Shown here: positions 55,184 to 64,000 of the stretch, one piece after another
How positions within the stretch are numbered: the first letter of the stretch is position 1
Layout: every line of letters starts with the position of its first letter
Source of the DNA: Trichoplax sp. H2
Lineage: Eukaryota
Direction of reading: 5' to 3'
Length of the DNA: 64,000 nucleotides
NCBI GenBank assembly: GCA_003344405.1
Contig: NOWV01000252.1
Location: forward strand, 1-64,000
The notes under the pieces: generated by a model
Seen by the model: the letters and a program-made list of their open reading frames with translations, nothing else
Database searches by the model: none
Told to the model about the DNA's origin: nothing
Program-made: the position numbers and the translations under genes

Positions 55184-56128
55184 TTACTTCCATTGGCAAT
55201 AAATATTCTTACACATCTTTAAAAACTCGACCTTAATTGCAGATCTAAATGCAATTGCAAGTACGGGATGAAATATCATATACGTAATGCAAAACTGTGT
55301 AGCAACGTACGTTGGTAAAACAAGATCAGGTTGCAAAGAGACAACCATGAGCGTATATAAGACATAAAATGGAATAAAGGCAATCATGTAAATACTTATA
55401 ATCAATACCATTTGAAGAATTGCTTTCCTGTGTAAAAGTATTAATTTGTATGGAGATAAATAACATAGCTCATAATTTGCCGTTGTTTCTAGGCAAGTTT
55501 TATGCTGTAATGAACAAATTCTTTGAATAATAACCGAGTAACTCAGGAAAGTAATCACTAAAGGTAAGAAAACTACAATCGGCAATAAAATGAAATCTAT
55601 ATGATGAGAAACTCCTTCTAAATCGTACCAACCACTGCATTTACTACCATGAACAGAAATATTTACTATAAAAGGTACAAGTATGCTACAAATTGGGATA
55701 ATCCAACAAAGAATTAGTAAGATCATGATATTATAGCAAGTAGCGAGACGTTGGTATTTAAATGGATAGACTATCGAGTAAAGTCTTTCTAAACTTATTA
55801 AGCAAGTATGAATGTTAAAGATACCAACACATGTCAGTTCGCATGGTTGACCAGATATGCAATTAATAATCTCCCGTATTTCATTTTTTTCGATACTGAT
55901 CGAAGCAGCCGTATTAAAGAAAATTAGCAATACCATAAGCAATACAGATGCACAACTGCTGCAGAGAATAGCATTAGTCGGTGTTCTTAGCTGACTCTTC
56001 GCCAAAATAAAGGCAATACAGAATAAATTTGTTATGAGTGCTGCAATTGATATAATAGCAGCCACTAAATATGTAACAGAACTTGAAACTTCTGTTCGGT
56101 TATTAAACTCCTGACTCGATAAGTTCAT
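55184..56128 (-). CDS. Intronless divergent rhodopsin-class GPCR, 314 aa, paralog of 49095-50042
   Basis: N-terminal glycosylation sequons, LRTPTN, ISLERLYSIVYPFKY, WIIP, FIPF, HPVLA, helix 8 AIKVEF. Confidence 0.9.
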   Translation of the reverse strand: MNLSSQEFNNRTEVSSSVTYLVAAIISIAALITNLFCIAFILAKSQLRTPTNAILCSSCASVLLMVLLIFFNTAASISIEKNEIREIINCISGQPCELTCVGIFNIHTCLISLERLYSIVYPFKYQRLATCYNIMILLILCWIIPICSILVPFIVNISVHGSKCSGWYDLEGVSHHIDFILLPIVVFLPLVITFLSYSVIIQRICSLQHKTCLETTANYELCYLSPYKLILLHRKAILQMVLIISIYMIAFIPFYVLYTLMVVSLQPDLVLPTYVATQFCITYMIFHPVLAIAFRSAIKVEFLKMCKNIYCQWK

Positions 56129-57069
56129 ATTTTATAAAGGTAATCGAAACTTATTTTTTGAAAGCTCGTCAGCAATCGAACTGATAGTAAAATAACCTAA
56201 AAGGACGTAAGGAAAGTAATGGAATTAGAAATATTCAATCCGATAATCTTAAAATTTACGTACGGTATCCACAGAGACTATCTAAGAGTAACCTGAGATT
56301 GCCTCCGCATAAAGGTTTATATGACCATAAATCTAGTAAGTTTGTAAGTTAACTTTTGTATTCTGTTATGTTACGAAAAGTGTTTAACACTCATAAGAAT
56401 ATCAAAAGTGATACAACAGCTGTTAAAATCAATTACTTCAACATTATAGCCTCTACTAACGGAATTATATAAAATTGGAGCATCATTTATGATTAGGATG
56501 TGATGAATTTTCAATAAATAATAATAATGCTTAGTGCACAATATTGCAATAGTGCACAATAGTTCATTCTTTATATAATAGAGATTTTTAAGAAACAGTG
56601 GCACCAAATTTACGATAGCAGGTAACCCTTAGCAGCCCTGACGAAAATGATAGAACATTTGACCATAAGAATACATTATGCAACTGATAAACTGTTATCT
56701 TACAACATCAAATATGCCATAAGGCTAATATCAAAATAAATCTGTTATTTTTGTAGATACTGCCATTACTTTGATATCTAATTTACTATACTTCTATTTT
56801 AATTTATTAAATCTGATAAAATATAACTTAATTCTCTAATCAGAGCTTACCGGGAAATTTCAATAATATTTTTCGTAACAAACTTTACAGTAAAGCTATC
56901 TTACAGAAAAAATAAATTAAGCGTGTAAATTATCTATAAAGTACCCATCAATCAGAGAATAAGCAAGATTCTTATGACAAATATTGTTTTCGTCATTTCC
57001 GTTCAGCTAGTAACCATTTCATTCGTTACAATGATTGTAGTACGATGAAATCGTATTGGGTAACCCTGT

Positions 57070-57703
57070 TGTTACAGTGTAATACACTGTAATATCGAGA
57101 TCATAGTAGAAACATCCACGTTAGGATAATTTTGTTGATTTACCCTTATATAAAGAGTTTTTTATTTAGATATGTGATATTTAAATATAACACTAGCTTT
57201 TATAGCGATATATACAACCTATTGAAATTAGAAGTTTAATTAGGAAATTGAGAATAATATTCTTACAATTCAAATCCTTGTGATTGAAACTTATTTATGA
57301 TAGATTGTGGATTATCGTAGAAATGTTTTGTGAGAGGACATATTGTAATCTGACAATTTTATATTAGTCATTCGATATCTATGTTCGTAAATACTGTTGT
57401 CTTCATTAGATAGCGGCAGATAAAATTAGCTTTTGATTCATTATCAGGTTTCAACGGTAATATTGCTAACTAGGGTGTCTTTGCTATTGTAAAAGAGTAA
57501 ATAAATGCGATAAATCGTATGATTAAGTTAGCTCTTATGATTAGTGTTTAACGTAAGATACGAGGCATCGAAGTCTTTTTGTAGTCTACTAGTATAGGAA
57601 AAGTGTTCCTGAAAGAGTAGATACGGCTTCCTGATACGTGATTCAGGGAATCGACTGATTGATCGTGCATTACGTTATCTTGTTGCAAAGTTGTTTTGTA
57701 ACA
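57070..57703 (-). mobile_element. Solo-LTR-like element, family B
   Basis: TGTTAC...GTAACA, flanks CCTGT/CCAGT (4/5), full-length reverse homolog of 13820-14475. Confidence 0.8.
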
Positions 57704-60129
57704 CCAGTATCATTAATACTGAATACCGAATGTGTCGTCTCTAATTTATATCAGCATTATGATGCATTACTTGTCGTAAATGATACGTATTTGGATTCAG
57801 TACTGATTTAAGCAATGGTAAAATTTATAAAGACTCTACTTCAATAAGAATCATCTTCAGTCTATAATACTAATTCTCAATCTTTATCAAACCGTAGTAA
57901 CGAATATTATTGTTGAAAGTAAAAGTTATGTGAAGTAGTGGTTATGATATAATTTGCCATAAGCCAATTATGTTTTCCTCTTTGTTATTGAAAATTACGG
58001 TAAAAACGCCTATTGCTGAAAGAGTTTAAGTTGCTTTATTCATTTTTACGGAATGAAATGTTTTCAAACTATCGTCCATGAAAGTGGAAGGTACCGTATG
58101 AGAAAAAGGTAGGGAATAAAAATCTTTTGATTATCTTAGAGCTTATCAGGCATTTCCGAGTCAAATTAGAACTTGGAGCATAAATAACAATATTTTTATC
58201 TTATCAGTCAATGATCTACATCATTAAGGCAAAAATTTTCACTTACCGGCTCGCTATCTTGCCTTAAAGTACTTGAATGAAAGATTTATCCGCCGCTATC
58301 CAAGATCTGATTAATATACAACGAACCCAGGGAAAGCCAATTAATTGCAGGGTAATGTAGCCAAGGTTTACAACGCTATCTAAAGGGAAAGTAACCAAAA
58401 GAAATCTTGTAGTTTCTGAAATTGCGATTTTTATGAAAATATATTTTATCCAAATTTAGCTAGTGTAGTAGTGTAATTAAAATAGCTAAGTGCTAATATA
58501 CAGTGTAAATAGTTAAATAAATTTATTCCGATGAGTGACTGCTATCGCTACAGACCTATAACAGAAATTTTCAGTTAGTTGCTGAGCTATCAACATTAGT
58601 TTGGGTAGTAATTAAACACGCATTAGAAATAATAGGACAAAATATATCCATTATAGTCAACTGACACAAATAATGCACATAAACATGTCATGTAGCTAAT
58701 CGTATAATTCGCACTTTTAAGAATTACTCCTTCGATCTTGAAAGTATATGACCGTCAAATAATTTGTAGCTGAACTAAGCTCTAATTGAATTATGATAGA
58801 TTGGTGGAATAAAAGCGCCAAAGATCGAAAAGTCGTAAAATATTTTTTACTTAAAAACTTAGAGTTACAAAATTTATATAACTACGTAACGATTTTAAAA
58901 AATAAATGAAAGGCCACTCATATTAGAATGTGTATTAAACTTGTACATATGACTGTAAATTTTACCGGGTAAAATTTCTTTATTCATGAAACAAAAATCA
59001 ATATTTAAATATAGGAACGGCATGGTCATTACCTTCCGGTAGTTTACGGTATTCATGCTTATAGCGTACAGATTTTTGCTAAGTTAACATAAGCGATAGC
59101 CAATAGAAATGGTAGCCTAAAACGACGAGTACTGGCTCAAAAAGTTGATAAAAACTTCGATTACAGTGCTATCCTAAATTGTCAGTTTCGATTATCTCAC
59201 GTATTATTAAATATACCTGTGATTGTTTTTGTTAAGATCTTAAAGTCGTTTTTAGAAGCCAGATGTTATTTATTTAATCAATTACGTTTAATTGCCCCTC
59301 GTGGCTCTCACGTCACGTTACTATAGTTATCTTCCAAGTAATATCTTCAAATTCGTATAATACACTGTATTGTATCAATCGTCGTGATTAATATAACACC
59401 ACCTAAAACCATAAAATTTGAGAGAATTTTACTGTTAATAAAATTTCAGTTCTAAGAATGCTAATATCCTAGTAATAGGATTTTGCGCAAAGGTAAAACA
59501 TCGGTAATGAAGAGAGAACTCATTGATGCAAATTACAATACTTTTATCGTCGATGGCATATCTACTTTAATAGATTTAATATTTATTGATGGGTAAATGA
59601 TTTAGTATATGAATCGAATTCGTAACAGCGCATATCTATGATAAGTACATTCTCCTAACGATTTCTTGAACGGCTACTTACACGATAATTTCCAATAAAA
59701 AGACAAAAACTTCTCTAAGATTGTTTAGTTAAACAAAATAGAATTTTCTGCTTCTAAAACATGACTTCCTTTCATGTCCTCTTTGTATCTCAGTATATTA
59801 GCCATACTTAAATATATCAACGTGCATAATTAAGTGGTGTCTCGGGTCAATTTATGCTACAAGCATTACAACATGAAGAATACTAAATGTAATTGTCGGA
59901 TCAAAATATTTTATCGAAACGTAAATTCAAATTGGTTATAGTAGCCCTATGGGTGCACGTTATAATTTTTTGTTTGTAATGACGCAGTATATCGGTATAA
60001 AGGGACAGTAGCTAAAACACAAAGTATAGTAGGATACAGTCATTTAGCCAGATTCAGCCCAACACTGCTGTATAGGAATACTCAGAACATCGTTCCTTAC
60101 GAACTAATAGATACTAGAAGAGTAGATTT

Positions 60130-60404
60130 AGAAAGTTAAATCAGTTGTTAATTTACGAAAGTTAAGAACTAGTTAAGTCTGCAGCATTATACTTGCAATA
60201 AAGTGGAGCGTTTGTTAAACCAACTACAAGACTGCAGATTTCTTTGAACACGTAAATGGGAGTATGTAACAGCGGGCATCTATCTAAAATGCGAACTTAA
60301 ACGGTTAGGTCAGTAAATTAAAGACGGTTAAGAACTAGTGAAATCGGCAGCGTTAGACATAGCAAAAAGTATTCATCAAACCAATTATGAGACTATAGAT
60401 TTCT
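60130..60404 (+). repeat. Diverged direct repeat, ~165-bp period
   Basis: GTTAAGAACTAGT.AA.TC.GCAGC.TTA.AC...AAACCAA.TA..AGACT..AGATTTCT at ~60161-60243 and ~60327-60404. Confidence 0.55.
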
Positions 60405-61350
60405 GTGATAGCTTTAGCCATAGTACCATAAGGGACCCTAAGTAAATTTGTAACACATCGTAATATAACAGATGTAGGTGAACATCTATTCCTAAGCATT
60501 AATGCTATAAAACGAACTTTAATTACGCAAATATATATATCTTTAAAGAAATTTACGGTACCTAAAATTAAGATATGTCATTAAATCAATGGCTACATGC
60601 CACGAAAGTAATCTTCGTGAAGTATACTTTATTTCTATGTTACTTTCTGTATGTGTTTATATCTCAGGAACGTTTTACGATTTCCTTAATTGTAATTTCA
60701 GCGGTTCATAGTTGATATCCTTAATTGAGGATCAGATAGACTAAAATAGTAATTGCCAACCAGCTAAACTGGACTGTATCTATCACCTTCAAAGTTGTTA
60801 AGGTTCAAAGGACAATTCCTAAGTTTAGTAGAAATGTCATATTGGGATAACTTTATTTGTATCTGTTAAGCTATTAATAAGCAATGATTATCTTAATACT
60901 GTTACAGTAAATTTAATAGGATAAGGCTGTATCTAATCCGTACAGATAAAATCTCTTTAGATTAATTAATGTGGTTAATTTCTAATAGACAAGGCGACTT
61001 GTGTAGTTAAACCAGTTTTAGGTACTGAAACCTATGTAAACGAAGAGTTCGCCGACAATAAATTAGATTGTGATTTTCTAGTAAGTTTTGAAGGTCTCGC
61101 GGGTTATACCGTAGGGTATCTATCTTCGAATACCAGTTGTCTGGTGTTTCGAATAGCAGCGCTATAGGATACAAATTACTCTTTCAATCCTTTGCAGCAA
61201 GTTAGGGCTATTCCTAGCTTGTGATATCACATGATTTAATTATTAGACCTGATCAAGTGTAAACCTATACGTAGAGAATTTTAAGATCAATCAACATTTC
61301 ATATACGGAAAGAAACGATTAATTACGGGAGAAAAAATTATGACCTATTT

Positions 61351-61620
61351 GTAGAGCTGTGTGTAGCTAGTTTTTGTATTAGATCTAATAAAGTTCTAAT
61401 TTTCTATAAATTCTGAATTTTCGTAATTGGATTTTGTCACACCTTATTCTAGCCGAATACAACTACTGCAAGACTTTTAGAATGAGCAATCAGATAATCT
61501 AATATCGCTTGCTTTTACACTCTCCGTAGCCTTCACAGCTACAATCCGCAAAGCAACATTTTGCCTTATTTTACACGTAATCAAATTATTATTTTTGATA
61601 CTATTTTACTGCTGACCATC
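61351..61620. mobile_element. Rearranged family D LTR-like copy (first ~90 bp inverted relative to the rest)
   Basis: 61351-61441 matches 16878-16964 (reverse orientation). 61445-61620 matches 11580-11755 (forward). Confidence 0.6.
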
Positions 61621-61621
61621 A

Positions 61622-61809
61622 ATAGTGCAATACAGTACTGTAGTAAAAGTACTGTACAGTATTGTAGTGCTGTACCGTACATTTGTATAGTATACAGTAC
61701 ACAGTATAAAGTTACTGAACCCTCTGACAGGTCTATCAAATGGTAAAACTATCTGTTAAATGAGCACATTATCGTAAACCGTCAGCAAAGCGACGGGAGT
61801 TTGTACTAG
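61622..61809 (+). mobile_element. Non-autonomous Helitron-like fragment
   Basis: A TACAG-rich stretch, then AAAGTTACTGAACCCTCTGACAGGTCTATCAAATGG...CCGTCAGCAAAGCGACGGGAGTTTGTACTAG|T. Confidence 0.65.
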
Positions 61810-62944
61810 TACTTCTAAAAAGATCAAAACAAAATGTTACCATAAACTACAATTCCATATCTAAGTTATTTTGATGACTGTGACAATGAGATAGAGAGCG
61901 TATCGTACTAGTTCTTTTAGACACATATTAATTTTCCTTCCTTATAAGCTATAATTTACTTATAGCGTGATCCAGTTTGTCGTCTTTTACAATGTCACGC
62001 AAATCTACTTCGCTGGACTGCTACTTTTCTAACTTGTATAAAATTTGCGCCATACACTTAAATGTTTTAAAATTTTAACTTGATACTTATTTAATCTGTG
62101 TTAATGCTACTAATTTGCAGTCTATTCCTACGTTGAGTCGGAGTATATACTGAAGCTCGAGGTAAATATCGAGGATATATAAGTCAGTCGTTTGATAGAA
62201 TCTTAATAGGAGCTTAAAAATAAATTCGCGTGTTGTACTATTTTGTTATTTTAGACTAGCTTATCACGAGCCTACAATTTCATAAATTGTAATAAAGCAG
62301 ACTTAAATCTCTATTCAGTTTTTCTAATTTTTATTGTGAGTTATAGCTGTAGAGAAGAATAAAATATATTGGTTATTATTACTATTCTCTAGTTTGAATT
62401 TACTATAACAGGCAAATATATGATATCGATGCTTAATTTCGCGCAAGATTTAATTTAAAGTATACATGACTAAATATAAAGAATAATTATTACAAAATTA
62501 ACGATATTTCAAAATAACACAATAACTATTTGTTTAGTTCAATACTCTAGCTCTACTGGACTCGTCTAGGGATTTCTAGTAAAACTTCCTTGTTAGAAAG
62601 TAGAAGACTTTTTAAAACGTAACATCGCTTATTAAGTTTAATCTACAAACCTAATATCAACAAGATAGCCGTATAAACCTAATACTACTCTTACTTAATA
62701 CACATGGGTTTTAAACTGTAACCTTAAGCTTACTCGAATCCAATTATATATTATTATTAAGTTATATCTGAATTTATTATAGTAAACTTGTTGAAATTGT
62801 GTAATTCAGCTTACTTTCGAAATATCTAAGCATGCTAATAATAATTTCATTACAAGAAATAATCTATGTTTTATTAATCACGTAATGATGAATACACGTG
62901 AATAAATAACGCAGCATGGCAGTACATTGGAAGCGTTAGCACTG

Positions 62945-64000
62945 CTAAATCTCTGTAATTACGATATTTTCATGTGGGCTAGATTTTATTTCTCTAGGAG
63001 TCGTAGGTTCAACTTTACGATGGAGGCAATTTAATATCGGAGATTGACAATGTAGCCGAATTCTAATATCTTGAAATCGAAAGATTAAGTAAATTATTGG
63101 ATCAAGAGCTGCATTAGAATGAGGAAGTATACCAATTATTTTCTGAAATTTAGATATTTGGGTGGGTGTTCCATTTAGGTAACTAATAGCTCCAGCAGTC
63201 GAAATAAAATAAAAAGCAAATATATTTGTAGAGGTAATGAGAATAAGCATTACCTGAAATCGTCTTTCAAAAGTAGACGATAATTGAGATCTAAATGTTA
63301 ATCTTGACTTTCTTAGTTTATATATTATTATCGCATATAAGACGGTTGTTATAGAATAAGCGAGAATAACGTAACCTAACACGCTAAATGCCCTTATCGT
63401 ATGATTTGAGTTCAAATAATATTCGCCAACACATAAATTACGATAAAACTCAAAATAGTACGCGGATCTAAGATGATAATAAGAGAAATCGAAGATGGTA
63501 TTTCCTACAGTTGCGGCAACTCCTAATATCCATAATATCGTAGTTATAATTTTAGCTCTTTTTATAGTCAATCTCCAATTGCTACGCGGATAGACACTTA
63601 ACATAAAGCGATCGATCCCGATACATAAAGTAATTGTTGCTGCCATCAATAAATTTATGGCTACTAGAGAATGTGCTACGCCGCACGTCGTGCTAACTGA
63701 CCATACATTCTTTATTAGAGAAAAATTAGCGCTTGAGCCATAGATGTGTCGATAGTAGCTGGTGTAATAAGAGTCCGATATGACGAGTATAAACATATAA
63801 ATAGAACCTACAAGATCGCAAAAAAGTAAGTTAAGTAATAGCCACACGGAGGGATTCTTAACAGCAACCATTGAATGACGATGATATTCTTTCTTTCTTG
63901 CTGAGAATTTATAAATAAGTGATTCCCATACTGTATAACTGATAAGAAATAGATTTAACGGTAACCCAATTAGAGCGATAGACCATGCTATCGGACGTAT
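62945..64000 (-). CDS. 7TM exon of an LGR/RXFP-like GPCR, 5'-truncated by the window edge
   Basis: The frame is open to the window end, adding IRPIAWSIALIGLPLNLFLISY (TM1) upstream of the listed ORF. Motifs NLLFCDLVGSIYMFILVISD, W..STTC..A, IGIDRF, NLCV, LPHSNAALDPIIY are LGR-like. Confidence 0.85.
   Translation of the reverse strand: MRPIAWSIALIGLPLNLFLISYTVWESLIYKFSARKKEYHRHSMVAVKNPSVWLLLNLLFCDLVGSIYMFILVISDSYYTSYYRHIYGSSANFSLIKNVWSVSTTCGVAHSLVAINLLMAATITLCIGIDRFMLSVYPRSNWRLTIKRAKIITTILWILGVAATVGNTIFDFSYYHLRSAYYFEFYRNLCVGEYYLNSNHTIRAFSVLGYVILAYSITTVLYAIIIYKLRKSRLTFRSQLSSTFERRFQVMLILITSTNIFAFYFISTAGAISYLNGTPTQISKFQKIIGILPHSNAALDPIIYLIFRFQDIRIRLHCQSPILNCLHRKVEPTTPREIKSSPHENIVITEI

Noticed and set aside
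1..64000. CRISPR arrays, tRNA/rRNA genes, prokaryotic operons
   Set aside because: None seen. The periodic signal is spliceosomal exon structure in a eukaryote.

Overview
AT-rich eukaryotic (animal) genomic scaffold with short GT-AG introns and three 20-N assembly gaps. The compact introns and the expansion of divergent rhodopsin/LGR GPCRs resemble a placozoan such as Trichoplax (inference only). The main feature is largely invisible to the ORF track: a 26-kb, 48-exon leucine-rich-repeat GPCR (7095-33223, +, about 1501 aa by my exon sum). It has a signal peptide, an LRRNT cap, 45 single-LRR phase-2 exons, an RXFP/GRL101-type hinge and a 7TM domain, with no LDLa module. Seven adjacent exon pairs carry a strictly registered Cys16/Cys17 pattern. 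The first exon of a second LRR gene (signal peptide + LRRNT) points the other way at the left edge, and an LGR-like 7TM exon runs off the right edge. Also present: two tandem 6-exon OATP/SLCO transporter paralogs, two intronless divergent class A GPCRs, a ~930-bp foldback with ~370-bp arms, several solo-LTR-like families with 5-bp TSDs (one nested), non-autonomous Helitron-like 3' ends, a probable decayed Penelope-like RT, and redundant divergent copies flanking the gaps. All alignments and translations were done by eye.
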